DNA from: Bacillota bacterium
GTDB lineage: Bacteria > Bacillota > Dehalobacteriia > UBA4068
Assembly: GCA_024679955.1 (NCBI GenBank)
Contig: JAILCQ010000010.1
Location: 15,277 to 79,276, forward strand
DNA length: 64,000 nucleotides
Direction: 5' to 3'
The notes under the pieces are model-generated. The model saw nothing but the letters and a program-made list of their open reading frames with translations. It ran no database searches and had not been told where the DNA came from. Within the stretch, counting starts at the first letter, position 1; the number at the start of each line of letters is the position of its first letter. The translations under genes and the position numbers were made by a program. Positions 39,906 through 50,893 of the stretch are shown here, one piece after another.

Positions 39906-40910
39906 ATGGTCGTAAGAGTTGCAATCAATGGATTTGGCCGTATCGGCCGCCCCTTTTTCCGTTTGGCTTTTGACAATCCGGAATTGGAAATCGTCGCCAT
40001 CAACGGCAGAACCAATCCGAAATCATTCGCTCATTTGCTGAAATACGATTCTACCCATGGCCGTTATGATAAAGAGGTTACCTGGGATGAGCAAAATTTG
40101 ATCGTCGAAGGTAAAAAAATCCCGGTTTTGGCGGAGCCCGATCCGGCGCTGCTGCCTTGGAAAGACATGAACGTGGACGTGGTTTTGGAATCCACCGGTA
40201 AGTTCAAAGATTATGACGGCGCGTATAAGCATATCACCGCCGGCGCGAAAAAAGTCGTTATCAGCTCGCCGGGCAAAAACGAAGACATCACTATGGTCTA
40301 CGGCGTCAATCATACGGACTACGATCCGTCCAAGCATACCATTATTTCCAATGCTTCCTGCACCACCACGGCTTTGGCGCCGGTCATCAAGGTGATACTG
40401 GAACAGTTCGGCATTAAAAAAGGCTTGATGACTACGGTGCATTCTTATACCAACGATCAGCAGATTTTGGATAAATCCCATAAGGATTTCCGTCGGGCCC
40501 GTTCCGCGGCCTGCTCCATCATTCCCACCACCACCGGCGCCGCCAAAGCGGTGGGCCTGGTGCTGCCGGAGGTCAAAGGCAAACTGAACGGTTTCGCCCT
40601 GCGGGTGCCGACGCCCAACGTTTCTTTGATCGACCTGGCTTTGGAATTGGCGAAACCCGCCACCGCCGAGGAGATCAACCAGGCTTTGGCCGCCGCCGCC
40701 GAAGGCGAATTGAAAGGCGTCTTGGGCTATTCCGACGAGCCTTTGGTCAGCATAGACTACAACGGCGAATGCCTGAGCGGCGTGGTAGACGGCCTTTCCA
40801 CCATGGTGGTAGGCGACGACCTGGCCAAGATCGTGGTATGGTATGACAACGAATGGGGCTACAGCTGCCGCATTTTGGATATGATTCTGCATGTGGGAAA
40901 AAAACTATAA
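39906..40910 (+). CDS. gap: Glyceraldehyde-3-phosphate dehydrogenase
   Basis: VAINGFGRIGR NAD motif, ASCTTNAL active-site block. RBS GGAGG. Confidence 0.95.
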   Translation: MVVRVAINGFGRIGRPFFRLAFDNPELEIVAINGRTNPKSFAHLLKYDSTHGRYDKEVTWDEQNLIVEGKKIPVLAEPDPALLPWKDMNVDVVLESTGKFKDYDGAYKHITAGAKKVVISSPGKNEDITMVYGVNHTDYDPSKHTIISNASCTTTALAPVIKVILEQFGIKKGLMTTVHSYTNDQQILDKSHKDFRRARSAACSIIPTTTGAAKAVGLVLPEVKGKLNGFALRVPTPNVSLIDLALELAKPATAEEINQALAAAAEGELKGVLGYSDEPLVSIDYNGECLSGVVDGLSTMVVGDDLAKIVVWYDNEWGYSCRILDMILHVGKKL

Positions 40911-40939
40911 CAGTCGCTTAGTGGAAGGGAGACAAATCC

Positions 40940-42133
40940 ATGGGGTCCGCTTATTTGGATAAAAAATCGGTTCGGGATATTGATGTTGCCCATAAAAAAG
41001 TCTTTGTTCGCGTGGATTTCAACGTACCCATCGCCGACGGGCAGGTAAAAGATGCCAGCCGCATCGTGGCGGCTTTGCCCACCATTCGCTATCTGCTGGA
41101 GAATCAGGCGGCGGTGATCTTGGCCTCGCATCTGGGCCGTCCCGGCGGCCAGGCCAATCCGGAATTCAGCCTGCGCCCGGTGGCGGAGACGTTGAGCAAG
41201 ATTTTGTCCATGCCGGTACAGTTCGTCGGCGATTGCGTAGGACCGGAGGTCAAACAGGCCGTATCGCAATTGCAGGATGGCCAGCTCCTGATGCTGGAAA
41301 ACGTTCGTTTCCATGCGGAAGAAGAAAACAACAATCCGGATTTCGCCTGGGAATTGGCGCATCTGGCAGACATTTATGTCAACGACGCCTTTGGCACGGC
41401 CCATCGGGCCCATGCCAGCACGGCGGGGATCGCAGAGTATGTGCCGGCGGTGTCCGGTTTCCTGATGGAAAAAGAGCTGCAGGGCCTGGGCGTGGCTTTG
41501 GCCGGAGCCAAGCATCCGTTCATCGCCATCATCGGCGGCGCGAAAGTATCGGATAAAATCAAATTTATCGACAATCTGCTGCAAAAAGTGGATAAATTGC
41601 TTTTGGGCGGCGGCATGGCCAATACTTTTTTGGCCGCTGCCGGTTACGATATGCAAGCCTCCAAGGTGGAACAGGACAAATTGGACTGGGCAGCCGAATA
41701 TTTGCAGAAGGATATCGCCAAGGAAAAAATGATATTGCCTGTGGATTTGCTGGCGGCCTCCGCCTTCGCAGCGGATGCGGAAACCAAAGTCGTGGCTTTG
41801 GACGGCGTGCCCGCCGGTTGGCAGGTTTTGGATATCGGCCCGGAGACCCGGCGCCTGTTCGACGCGGAAATCTCCGCCGCCAGCACGGTGTTATGGAACG
41901 GGCCTATGGGCGTGTTTGAAATGGATCCTTTTGCCGGCGGTACCATGTCGGTGGCGGCAAGCGTCGCCAACAGCCCCGCTTTCAGCATCATCGGCGGCGG
42001 CGACTCGGTGGCGGCCGTTAAAAAAGCCGGTTTGGAAGACAAAATCGATCATTTGAGCACCGGCGGCGGCGCTTCTCTGAAATTCTTGGAGGGCAAAAAA
42101 TTACCAGGCGTTACGGCTTTGTTGGATAAATAA
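40940..42133 (+). CDS. pgk: Phosphoglycerate kinase
   Basis: Classical PGK blocks (VFVRVDFNVP, ASHLGRP, GGGASLE). Confidence 0.95.
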   Translation: MGSAYLDKKSVRDIDVAHKKVFVRVDFNVPIADGQVKDASRIVAALPTIRYLLENQAAVILASHLGRPGGQANPEFSLRPVAETLSKILSMPVQFVGDCVGPEVKQAVSQLQDGQLLMLENVRFHAEEENNNPDFAWELAHLADIYVNDAFGTAHRAHASTAGIAEYVPAVSGFLMEKELQGLGVALAGAKHPFIAIIGGAKVSDKIKFIDNLLQKVDKLLLGGGMANTFLAAAGYDMQASKVEQDKLDWAAEYLQKDIAKEKMILPVDLLAASAFAADAETKVVALDGVPAGWQVLDIGPETRRLFDAEISAASTVLWNGPMGVFEMDPFAGGTMSVAASVANSPAFSIIGGGDSVAAVKKAGLEDKIDHLSTGGGASLKFLEGKKLPGVTALLDK

Positions 42134-42216
42134 CGAAAAAGCATAGCGGTTTTGCCGGACTGTAACGGTCCGGCAAAACCTGTTTTGGCAAAACCAATAG
42201 TGGAGGATGATAAAAG

Positions 42217-42966
42217 ATGCCGGCAGAGCGACAAAAAATTTTTGCCGCGAATTGGAAAATGTACAAAAATGGTGAGGAAGCGGAGATATTTATTCGGGAT
42301 ATGCGCCGGACGGCGGAGAATTGTCCCCATGAACTGATTATTTTTCCGCCCTCGGTTTATCTGGAACGCAGCGCCACCGCCGCCAAAGGCAGCCCCATCC
42401 ATATCGGTGCGCAAAACATTCACTGGCAAGCGGAAGGGGCTTATACCGGTGAGATTTCCGCCGCTATGGCGGCGGACGCCGGCTGCACCTATTGTTTATG
42501 CGGCCATTCCGAACGGCGGCATCAATATGGCGAAAGCGCGGAAATGGTGGCCAGAAAAGCCCACGCCGCGATCCATAACGGTTTGATCCCCGTGATTTGC
42601 CTGGGGGAAACCCTGATTCAGCGGGAGAACGGCGAAACTTTGGAGGTGCTGTATAACGACGCCAACGCTTCGCTGTCGGGCATCGAGGCCGATCCCCGCC
42701 TGGTGGTGGCCTACGAACCGGTTTGGGCCATCGGCACCGGCCGCACCGCCACCCCGGAGGACGCCCAAACCGCCTGCGCCTTCCTCCGCAAGGTGATCGG
42801 AGAAAAGTGGGGCGATTGCGCGCAGCAGATCCGCATCCTCTATGGCGGCAGCGTCAATCCGGATAATATCCTGTCGCTGATGGAATGCCCGGATATCGAC
42901 GGGGCTTTGGTAGGCGGCGCCTCTTTGTATTTGGAAAAGTTTACCAAGATCATCCGCTGCAAATGA
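42217..42966 (+). CDS. tpiA: Triosephosphate isomerase
   Basis: AANWKM, CGHSERR, AYEPVWAIGTG motifs. Confidence 0.95.
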   Translation: MPAERQKIFAANWKMYKNGEEAEIFIRDMRRTAENCPHELIIFPPSVYLERSATAAKGSPIHIGAQNIHWQAEGAYTGEISAAMAADAGCTYCLCGHSERRHQYGESAEMVARKAHAAIHNGLIPVICLGETLIQRENGETLEVLYNDANASLSGIEADPRLVVAYEPVWAIGTGRTATPEDAQTACAFLRKVIGEKWGDCAQQIRILYGGSVNPDNILSLMECPDIDGALVGGASLYLEKFTKIIRCK

Positions 42967-43021
42967 CGGCGGCGATTGGCACAGCGCAGAAGGAAAACAG
43001 CAAAATCCAGGGAGAAGAATC

Positions 43022-44602
43022 ATGAAATTTGCCGGCAAACCTTTAATGCTGATGATATTGGACGGTTGGGGCATGCGGCAGGGCGGGCCTGCCGACGCTA
43101 CCGCTTTGGCCGATGTAAGCAATTTTGACCGCCTGTGGGCCAATTATCCCCATTGCCAATTGCAGGCCTCCGGCGGCAATGTGGGATTGCCCGACGGGCA
43201 AATGGGAGACAGCGAGGTCGGCCATATGAATATCGGCGCCGGCCGCATTATGTACCAGGACTTTACCAAAATCAATAAGGAGATCGCCGAAGGGAATTTC
43301 TTCAAAAACCAGGCTTTTCTCGACGCCTGCCGGGCGGCGGTGGAAAACCATGGGGCTTTGCATTTGATGGGGCTGACCTCCGATGGGGGCATTCACAGCC
43401 ATATCACCCATTTGTTCGCATTGCTGCAGTTGGCGAAAATGGAAAACGTGCCGGAGGTCTATGTGCATTGCTTTACCGACGGCCGGGATACCGCCAACGC
43501 CATCGCCGGACGTTTTGTGGCCCAATTGGAAGAACGCCTGACCGGGTTTCCCCGGGGCCGCATCGCCACGGTGATGGGGCGTTTTTACGCCATGGACCGG
43601 GACAAACGCTGGGACCGGGTGCGCCGGGCCTATCAGGCCATGGTGTACGGGGAAGGCCATCAGGCCGCTTCCGCCGGGGAAGCGGTGGAGCTTTCCTATC
43701 AGCGGGGCCAAACCGATGAATTCATCGAACCCACGGTGATCATGGAAGACGGCAAACCCGCCGGTTTGGTCAAAGACGGGGACAGCGTCATCTTTTTCAA
43801 TTACCGTTCCGACCGGGCCCGGGAGATCAGCCATGTGTTCACCGACAGCCATTTCGATTTCTTCGACCGGGGCGCAGGATTCCCCCATGTGCATTATGTG
43901 TGCCTGACCAATTACGACGACGCGCTGGTCAATGCGGATATCGCTTATCCGCCCCATCCGCCGCAAAACACCTTCGGCCGGACTTTGGCCAAAAACGGTT
44001 TGCGCCAATTGCGCATTGCCGAAACGGAAAAATACGCCCACGTCACCTTTTTCTTTAACGGCGGGGTGGAAAAAATGGAAGCGGGCGAAGACCGGGTGAT
44101 GATCCCTTCGCCCAATGTCAAAACCTATGATTTACAGCCGCGAATGAGCGCCGCCGCCGTGACCAACGCTTTGGTGGATCGGATCCGCAGCGGCATATAC
44201 GACGTGATCATCGTCAATTTCGCCAATCCGGATATGCTGGGCCATACCGGCGATATCAAAGCCACGGTGCAGGCCCTGGAATATGTGGATCAATGTCTGG
44301 GCCGGCTGGAGGAGGAGATCCGCGAAGCCGGCGGCACGCTGTTGATCACCGCCGATCACGGCAATGTGGAGAAAATGGTGGAAAACGGCCTGCCCATGAC
44401 CTCCCACACCACCAATCCGGTGCCTTTTATCGTGGTGGACGACAATATGCGCTACCTGCATCTGCGGGACGGCGGCAAACTGGAGGATATCGCCCCGACC
44501 ATGCTGCAGCTTTTGGGCCTGCGGCAGCCGGAAGAAATGACGGGCCGCAGCCTGATCGATCAGGGATTGAAACAGTTTGATCAACTGGAATTGTTCGCCT
44601 GA
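43022..44602 (+). CDS. gpmI: 2,3-bisphosphoglycerate-independent phosphoglycerate mutase
   Basis: MILDGWG…SEVGHMNIGAGR N-terminus, metalloenzyme-domain blocks. Confidence 0.93.
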   Translation: MKFAGKPLMLMILDGWGMRQGGPADATALADVSNFDRLWANYPHCQLQASGGNVGLPDGQMGDSEVGHMNIGAGRIMYQDFTKINKEIAEGNFFKNQAFLDACRAAVENHGALHLMGLTSDGGIHSHITHLFALLQLAKMENVPEVYVHCFTDGRDTANAIAGRFVAQLEERLTGFPRGRIATVMGRFYAMDRDKRWDRVRRAYQAMVYGEGHQAASAGEAVELSYQRGQTDEFIEPTVIMEDGKPAGLVKDGDSVIFFNYRSDRAREISHVFTDSHFDFFDRGAGFPHVHYVCLTNYDDALVNADIAYPPHPPQNTFGRTLAKNGLRQLRIAETEKYAHVTFFFNGGVEKMEAGEDRVMIPSPNVKTYDLQPRMSAAAVTNALVDRIRSGIYDVIIVNFANPDMLGHTGDIKATVQALEYVDQCLGRLEEEIREAGGTLLITADHGNVEKMVENGLPMTSHTTNPVPFIVVDDNMRYLHLRDGGKLEDIAPTMLQLLGLRQPEEMTGRSLIDQGLKQFDQLELFA

Positions 44603-44696
44603 GGCCGCTGCCCGGCCTGTCCGCTTTTCGGACGGGGCCTGCCATCCGGAGCGGCTTCTAAGTGGAGAGAAATCTGTGACTTTTCACAATTTTATA

Positions 44697-44725
44697 TTGT
44701 GTTACGGATAAAGTTATGCTAAAAT
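44697..44725 (+). promoter_or_regulatory. sigma-A promoter (TTGTGT-17-TAAAAT) for secG-hppA
   Basis: TTGTGT 44697-44702, 17-nt spacer, TAAAAT 44720-44725. Confidence 0.55.
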
Positions 44726-44823
44726 ATTTAGGTACATTTATGGGAGTAGTGTGTGGTGTGCGCATTATGCCGCTCCCGGTATTACCGTAGCATACGGCTA
44801 ATTTTGAAACGGAGGATATTGCG

Positions 44824-45048
44824 GTGGTTTTAGCTTTAACGATTCTTCAGGTTTTGGTTTGTATCGCTCTGATTGCCGTCGTTTTGTTGCAATCAGGGAA
44901 AAGCGCCGGTTTGTCCGGCTCCATTGCCGGCGGTGCGGAAGTCTTTTTCGGCAAAAAAAAAGGAATGGATGAGTTTTTGGGCAAACTCACCAAAATTTTG
45001 GGCGGTATATTTTTTGTCCTGACTTTGGTGATTGCGATATTGCAGTAA
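44824..45048 (+). CDS. secG: Preprotein translocase subunit SecG
   Basis: 74 aa, two TM helices with a central LLQSGKS…G motif. GTG start behind GGAGGA. Confidence 0.8.
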   Translation: MVLALTILQVLVCIALIAVVLLQSGKSAGLSGSIAGGAEVFFGKKKGMDEFLGKLTKILGGIFFVLTLVIAILQ

Positions 45049-45075
45049 AATCTAAATAGTACAGGAGGATAAGTT

Positions 45076-47112
45076 GTGGGCACAGAATTAATGATTTTAG
45101 CTCCAATTGCCGGCTTGATCGCGCTGTTGTTCGCTTTGTTCTTGATTGCGCGCATCACCAAAATGGACGCCGGTAACGAGCGCATGCGGGAAATCGCGGA
45201 AGCGATTCATTCCGGTGCAATGGCGTTTTTGAAACGTCAGTACAGGACCTTGATTATTTTCATTTTGGCAATCGTTGTAATTATCTCTGTGATCGGTTTG
45301 TCCACCAGCGGCGAAGGCAGCCTGAAATGGCAAACCGCCGTGGCTTTTGCCATCGGCGCTTTCTGCTCCATTCTGGCTGGTAACATCGGTATGCGCATCG
45401 CCACCAAAGCCAATGTGCGCACCGCCAATGCCGCGCAAACCAGCGGCCTGAACAAAGCCTTGAATTGCGCTTTCTCCGGCGGCGCGGTCATGGGTATGAG
45501 CGTGGTCGGTCTGGGCCTGTTGGGCTTGGGCATCGTGGTTTTGATCTTCAACAACGATTCTTCTATCGTTAACGGTTTCAGCTTCGGCGCTTCTTCCGTG
45601 GCCTTGTTCGGCCGTGTGGGCGGCGGTATCTACACCAAAGCCGCCGACGTCGGCGCGGACCTGGTGGGTAAAGTCGAAGCCGGTATCCCGGAAGACGATC
45701 CCCGGAACCCCGCCGTGGTCGCCGACAACGTGGGCGACAACGTAGGCGACGTGGCCGGTATGGGCTCCGACTTGTTTGAATCCTATGTGGGTTCCATCGT
45801 GGCCTCCATCGCTTTGGGCGCTTCCCTGGGCATCGGCGCTCACGGCGAAGGCGTTTTGGCTCCTTTGCTGATCGCCGCCATCGGCATCATCGCTTCCATC
45901 CTCGGCACTTTCTTCGTCAGCGCCAAAGAAGGCGGCGACCCGCAGAAATCCCTCAACAAAGGGAATATCACCGCTACCATTCTGTCGATCATCGGTATCT
46001 ATGCCGTGACCAAGCTGATCCTGCCGGAAACCTATGAGGCTATGGGTCATACCTATTCCAGCTTCGGCGTATTCATCGCCGCCGTTGCCGGTCTGCTGGT
46101 CGGCTTCCTCATCGGTAATGTGACCGAATACTATACTTCCGCCAAGTACAATCCCGTAAAACGGATTGCCGCTTCCTGCGAGACCGGTACGGCCACCAAC
46201 GTGATCACCGGCGTCGCCACCGGTATGGCTTCCACCGCCATCCCCATTATCCTGGTGGCTTTGGGCATTTGGGCCGCTTATCATTTTGCCGGCCTCTACG
46301 GTATCGCCATGGCCGCCGTGGGCATGCTGTCCACCACCGGTATGGTCGTCGCGGTGGACGCTTACGGCCCGATCTCCGACAATGCCGGCGGTATCGCCGA
46401 AATGTCGAAACTGCCGCCGCAAGTGCGTAACATCACCGACCATTTGGATTCCGTCGGCAACACCACCGCGGCCATCGGCAAAGGTTTCGCCATCGGTTCC
46501 GCCGCTTTGACCGCTTTGGCCCTGTTCTCCGCTTATACGCAAGCCGTTGGTATTTCCACCATCAACATTTTGGAACCCGACGTGGTCATCGGCTTGTTCA
46601 TCGGCGGTATGCTGCCGTTCTTCTTCTGCTCCATGACCATGCAATCCGTTGGCCGGGCTGCCAGTCACATGATCGAAGAAGTTCGCCGTCAGTTCCGTGA
46701 AATCGCCGGTTTGATGGAAGGCACGGCCAAAGCCGATTATGCCCGCTGCGTGGATATCAGCTGCCAGGCTGCCTTGAAAGAAATGATCGCTCCCAGCCTG
46801 CTGGCGGTCATCGTTCCGCTGCTGGTCGGTTTGACCCTTGGCCCCGCCTGCTTGGGCGGCGTGCTCTGCGGCACTTTGGTTACCGGCTTCCTGCTGGCTA
46901 TTTTCCTGGCCAATTCCGGCGGCGCCTGGGATAACGCCAAGAAATACATCGAAGAAGGCAATTATGGCGGAAAAGGTTCTCCCGCCCATGCGGCCGCCGT
47001 CAACGGCGACACCGTCGGCGATCCTTTCAAAGATACCTCCGGTCCTTCTTTGAACATCCTGATCAAATTGATGACCATCATCTCTTTGGTCTTTGCACCC
47101 TTGTTTATCTAA
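45076..47112 (+). CDS. hppA: Membrane-bound H+/Na+-translocating pyrophosphatase
   Basis: 678 aa, multi-TM, conserved DNVGDNVGD and GGAWDNAKK PPase motifs. GTG start behind AGGAGG. Confidence 0.93.
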   Translation: MGTELMILAPIAGLIALLFALFLIARITKMDAGNERMREIAEAIHSGAMAFLKRQYRTLIIFILAIVVIISVIGLSTSGEGSLKWQTAVAFAIGAFCSILAGNIGMRIATKANVRTANAAQTSGLNKALNCAFSGGAVMGMSVVGLGLLGLGIVVLIFNNDSSIVNGFSFGASSVALFGRVGGGIYTKAADVGADLVGKVEAGIPEDDPRNPAVVADNVGDNVGDVAGMGSDLFESYVGSIVASIALGASLGIGAHGEGVLAPLLIAAIGIIASILGTFFVSAKEGGDPQKSLNKGNITATILSIIGIYAVTKLILPETYEAMGHTYSSFGVFIAAVAGLLVGFLIGNVTEYYTSAKYNPVKRIAASCETGTATNVITGVATGMASTAIPIILVALGIWAAYHFAGLYGIAMAAVGMLSTTGMVVAVDAYGPISDNAGGIAEMSKLPPQVRNITDHLDSVGNTTAAIGKGFAIGSAALTALALFSAYTQAVGISTINILEPDVVIGLFIGGMLPFFFCSMTMQSVGRAASHMIEEVRRQFREIAGLMEGTAKADYARCVDISCQAALKEMIAPSLLAVIVPLLVGLTLGPACLGGVLCGTLVTGFLLAIFLANSGGAWDNAKKYIEEGNYGGKGSPAHAAAVNGDTVGDPFKDTSGPSLNILIKLMTIISLVFAPLFI

Positions 47113-47136
47113 TTGCCCATACATACATGGGTTTGC

Positions 47137-47169
47137 AAAAAGCCGGGCGGGGAACCGCCCGGCTTTTTG
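47137..47169 (+). terminator. Intrinsic terminator after hppA
   Basis: AAAAAGCCGGGCGG-GGAA-CCGCCCGGCTTTTT. Confidence 0.88.
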
Positions 47170-47191
47170 AGGACTATGACGGACTATAACG

Positions 47192-48376
47192 ATGAAAAGA
47201 AGCATTTATTTTGACAACAGCGCCACTACAAAAGTCTGCCCTCAGGCGGTGCAGGCCGCTTTGACGGCCATGGAGGAAGGTTTCGGCAATCCTTCTTCTC
47301 TGCATGGCCCCGGCGCGGCGGCGGCCCGGGCTTTGACCGCCGCCCGGCATGCGCTTTCCGCCTGCCTGCAGGCGAAAGAATCGGAGATTTATTTCACTTC
47401 CGGCGGCAGCGAGGGCAACAATACGGTCATCCACGGCGCGGCCGCCTATTGGGCCAACAAAACCGGCAAACGCATATTGGTTTCCGCCGTGGAGCATCCC
47501 TCGGTTTTGGAACCGGCAAAGTATTGGGCCGCCAAAGGCTATGATGTACAGAAGATCCCCGTGGACGAAAAAGGGTTGATACAGTTAGAGGCTTTGTCCG
47601 CGCTGCTGAACCGGGAGACCTGCCTGGTTTCGGTGATGCATGTGAACAATGAAACCGGCGCGGTGCAGCCTTTGGCGGAAATTGGCGAAAGGATACGCCG
47701 CCTGGCCCCGGAAGCCTTGTATCACATTGACGGCGTGCAGGCCTTTGGACGGCTGCCGGCCCAGTTATCCTTATGGCAGGCGGACGCCTATACCCTGAGC
47801 GGCCATAAAATCCACGCCCCCAAAGGCTGCGGCGCGTTGTGGCTGCGGCAGGGAAAATATTTGCCGCCCCTGATCTTAGGCGGCGGGCAGGAAAAAAATT
47901 TGCGCTCCGGCACGGAAAATATGCCGGGGATCCTGGCTTTGGCCGCCGCGGCGGAAGAGATCTGCGGCCGCATGCAGGAGAATGACACGGCCATGCGCCG
48001 GATAAAAAACGCTTTTTTGCAGGGGTTGCAGCAGGCGGATTGTCCGGAATGGCTGATCAACGGCCCGGACGTGGCGGAGGCTGCGCCGCATATCCTGAAT
48101 ATTTCTTTCCCCGGCGCCAAAAGCGAGGTTTTGCTGCATTATCTGGAAGGGGAGGGCGTTTACGTGTCCTCCGGCAGCGCCTGCTCTTCCCACAGCCAAA
48201 AGGTCAGCCATGTGCTGAGCGCCATGGGCCTGTCGCCGGGTCGCATCGAATCGGCGCTGCGTTTCAGCTTTTGTCCCTATAATACGGTGGAAGAAGCGGA
48301 GCAGGCGGCGAAGGCGACGGCGGCAGCCGTGCGGGAAGTGCAGAGGATGATGGGGGCCGGAAAAAAAAGAAGATAG
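47192..48376 (+). CDS. nifS: Cysteine desulfurase (NifS/IscS class V aminotransferase)
   Basis: IYFDNSATT N-terminus, SGHKIHAPKG PLP-lysine region, SSGSACSS active-site Cys loop. Confidence 0.9.
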   Translation: MKRSIYFDNSATTKVCPQAVQAALTAMEEGFGNPSSLHGPGAAAARALTAARHALSACLQAKESEIYFTSGGSEGNNTVIHGAAAYWANKTGKRILVSAVEHPSVLEPAKYWAAKGYDVQKIPVDEKGLIQLEALSALLNRETCLVSVMHVNNETGAVQPLAEIGERIRRLAPEALYHIDGVQAFGRLPAQLSLWQADAYTLSGHKIHAPKGCGALWLRQGKYLPPLILGGGQEKNLRSGTENMPGILALAAAAEEICGRMQENDTAMRRIKNAFLQGLQQADCPEWLINGPDVAEAAPHILNISFPGAKSEVLLHYLEGEGVYVSSGSACSSHSQKVSHVLSAMGLSPGRIESALRFSFCPYNTVEEAEQAAKATAAAVREVQRMMGAGKKRR

Positions 48377-48404
48377 AGGCAAAAAAGAAGATAGGGGTAG
48401 GGCA

Positions 48405-49574
48405 ATGAAACAGTTGATTTTGATTCGCTATGGCGAACTGGGACTGAAGGGAAAGAACAAAAACAAATTCATAGAGCGCTTGGTAGAAAACATCGACGGG
48501 GCCTGCAACGATATTGCCGGCTTTTCCGTCCGCTCCACCTGGGGCAGGATTTGGGTGGAGGTGGACGCCGCCGCCTATCCCCAGGCCGTGGCCAGGCTGC
48601 GCCGGGTCTTCGGCATCTATTCCCTGTCGCCGGTGGTTTCCGTGCCCCGGGATATGCAGGCCATACAGCAGGCGGCCTATGAGGTTTTGCGCAAATGCCT
48701 GCCCCAGGGCGGCGGCTTTAAGGTGGAAACCCGCCGGGCGGATAAAACCTTCCCCATGACTTCTCCGGAAATCAGCCGGGCGGTGGCCAACGATTTGTTC
48801 CACCGTCTGGATGACAACTATTGGGCGGATATGCACGACCCGCCGTTTACCCTGCAGATCGAGATCCGCGGCGAAGGCAATTTCGTTTACGGCGAGACCG
48901 TCCACGGCGCCGGCGGCCTGCCGGTGGGCTGCGGGGGCAAAGCCGCGCTGATGCTCTCCGGCGGCATCGACAGCCCGGTGGCCGGCTGGATGGCGCTGAA
49001 ACGGGGGGTATCCGTGGAAGGCATACATTTTTACAGCTTCCCCTTCACCGGCGAGCAAAGCAAGCAAAAGGTGATGGATCTGGCCCATATTCTGGCCGGT
49101 TGGCAGGGCGCGCCCTTTACCCTGCATGTGGTGCACTTTACGGAGATACAAAAAGCCATTCATCAGTTTTGCCGGGAAGATTACGGCATCACCCTGATGC
49201 GGCGTATGATGTTCCGCCTGGCGGAGCGAATCGCCAAACAAAACCGCTGCCTGGCCCTGTATACCGGCGAAAGCGTGGGGCAGGTGGCCAGCCAAACCCT
49301 GGAAAGCATGTCCGTGATCAACGAAGTTACCAATATGCCGGTTTTGCGCCCGTTGATCGGCATGGACAAAGAAGAGATCATGGCCATCGCCAAAAAAATC
49401 GGCACCTATGATACTTCCATTTTGCCGTATGAAGATTGCTGCACGATTTTCCTGCCCAAATATCCGAAAATCCGCCCCCGTTTGCAGGAGGCCAAGGAAA
49501 TGGAGCAGGCTTTGGATATAGAAGCTTTGCTGGCGGAGGCCCTGGCCAAAACGGAAACGCTGACCATCGAATAG
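48405..49574 (+). CDS. thiI: tRNA 4-thiouridine synthase ThiI
   Basis: ILIRYGELGLKGKN THUMP N-terminus, SGGIDSPVA PP-loop. Paired with nifS as usual. Confidence 0.92.
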   Translation: MKQLILIRYGELGLKGKNKNKFIERLVENIDGACNDIAGFSVRSTWGRIWVEVDAAAYPQAVARLRRVFGIYSLSPVVSVPRDMQAIQQAAYEVLRKCLPQGGGFKVETRRADKTFPMTSPEISRAVANDLFHRLDDNYWADMHDPPFTLQIEIRGEGNFVYGETVHGAGGLPVGCGGKAALMLSGGIDSPVAGWMALKRGVSVEGIHFYSFPFTGEQSKQKVMDLAHILAGWQGAPFTLHVVHFTEIQKAIHQFCREDYGITLMRRMMFRLAERIAKQNRCLALYTGESVGQVASQTLESMSVINEVTNMPVLRPLIGMDKEEIMAIAKKIGTYDTSILPYEDCCTIFLPKYPKIRPRLQEAKEMEQALDIEALLAEALAKTETLTIE

Positions 49575-49689
49575 AGGCGTTTATTTTAGATTTTTTTGCA
49601 AGCTTTGCGGGCATTTGCCTGTATATATTAGGAGACGCTTGTGCTATAATAAATGTAAGGGGCATTCCCAGCGGAAAGGAGTTGAGCGC

Positions 49690-50163
49690 ATGGCGGGAAA
49701 TAAAACCGGCGTAAAGATCATCTGCGAAAACCGCAAAGCCCGCCATGAATATCATTTCCTGGAACTTTTTGAGGCGGGTATCTCTCTACAGGGTACGGAA
49801 GTGAAGTCCCTGCGAGCGGGGCGCGGCAATTTACAGGACGCCTTCGCCAAAGTGGAAAACGGCGAAATGATGCTGTACAATATGCATATCAGCCCCTACG
49901 AAATGGGCAATCGCTTCAATCATCAGCCCAAACGTACCCGCCGGCTGCTGCTGCATAAATCGGAGATCCGTCACATCTACGCCAAGGTGCGGGAAAAAGG
50001 CCTGACGGTGATCCCGGTAAAGGCCTATTTTTCCGGCAGCCGGGTAAAGGTGGAACTGGCCTTGGCCCAGGGCAAAAAGCTTTACGATAAGCGCCAGGAT
50101 ATGATGGCCAAAGACGCCAGGCGGGATATGGATCGGGCGCTCAAGGAAAGGAGCAGGCAATAA
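49690..50163 (+). CDS. smpB: SsrA-binding protein SmpB
   Basis: Conserved SmpB sequence (…ICENRKARHEYHF…GISLQGTEVKSLR…). Immediately upstream of tmRNA. Confidence 0.93.
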   Translation: MAGNKTGVKIICENRKARHEYHFLELFEAGISLQGTEVKSLRAGRGNLQDAFAKVENGEMMLYNMHISPYEMGNRFNHQPKRTRRLLLHKSEIRHIYAKVREKGLTVIPVKAYFSGSRVKVELALAQGKKLYDKRQDMMAKDARRDMDRALKERSRQ

Positions 50164-50378
50164 TGGGATTGTTCAGCGGCGAACAGGCGCAGCCCGTTTC
50201 CGTGGCGGGACAGGAACTGATTTGCCCGGTATGCGGCGGCAAGCATTTTTTTCAGCGGGAGACCCAGTTGAACACCGCCGGCATGACATTTTTGGGTCTG
50301 GATTGGGCCAATGCCTGCGCGGAGAATTATTATTGCGCCCAATGCGGTTATATGTTTTGGTTTCATCCTTTGCCTTAA
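50163..50378 (+). CDS. Small zinc-ribbon-like protein (CxxC…CxxC), hypothetical
   Basis: 71 aa, CPVCGGK…CAQCGY. Start overlaps the smpB stop (TAATG). RBS AAAGGAG. Confidence 0.5.
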   Translation: MGLFSGEQAQPVSVAGQELICPVCGGKHFFQRETQLNTAGMTFLGLDWANACAENYYCAQCGYMFWFHPLP

Positions 50379-50404
50379 AGTTTGGGTATGGCCATATACA
50401 ATAT

Positions 50405-50753
50405 GGGGCTGTACCGGTTTCGACGGGGGATGGATTGGCGAAATAAGCGAGCCGGGATCCCACTTGCCCGTAAAACAGTGGAAACAAATTAATTTGCCAA
50501 AACAAATTCTTCTTTAGCTGCTGCTTAAGCAGTCTAACCCTGTGACCGCCTGGCCTGTAGGGTAGTTTACAGGGTCATGCATACAGGCTGCCTCCGACGG
50601 CTTTTCCCGTCCGGCGGAGGGAGAAACAGGGAATAGCGTCGATTCAGGCCGTTGGCAGCCGGTTTCGCCGCGAATACAAAGTGCCAACTGCGCTCGGAGA
50701 AGGTTTTGTGGATCCTCTTTCGGACAGGAGTTCGACTCTCCTCAGCTCCACCA
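50405..50753 (+). ncRNA. ssrA: tmRNA (SsrA)
   Basis: 5' GGGGCTGTACCGGTTTCGACGGGG…, T-arm GGAGTTCGACTCTCC and 3' CAGCTCCACCA. Candidate tag ORF GCC AAA ACA AAT TCT TCT TTA GCT GCT GCT TAA (A-KTNSSLAAA) at 50496-50528. Confidence 0.92.
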
Positions 50754-50756
50754 CAA

Positions 50757-50799
50757 AAGAACGGTAATTTTGATAGAATTGCCGTTCTTTTCTTTTTAT
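50757..50799 (+). terminator. Intrinsic terminator after tmRNA
   Basis: AAGAACGGTAA-loop-GCCGTTCTT then TTCTTTTT. Confidence 0.85.
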
Positions 50800-50893
50800 G
50801 GTAGAATGATGTGGTCAAGTAAGGTCAAGGGAGCCTGTCTGCGATGCTGGACGACTGGTAACCTATTATTTTTACAAGAAAGGAGGGTCACAG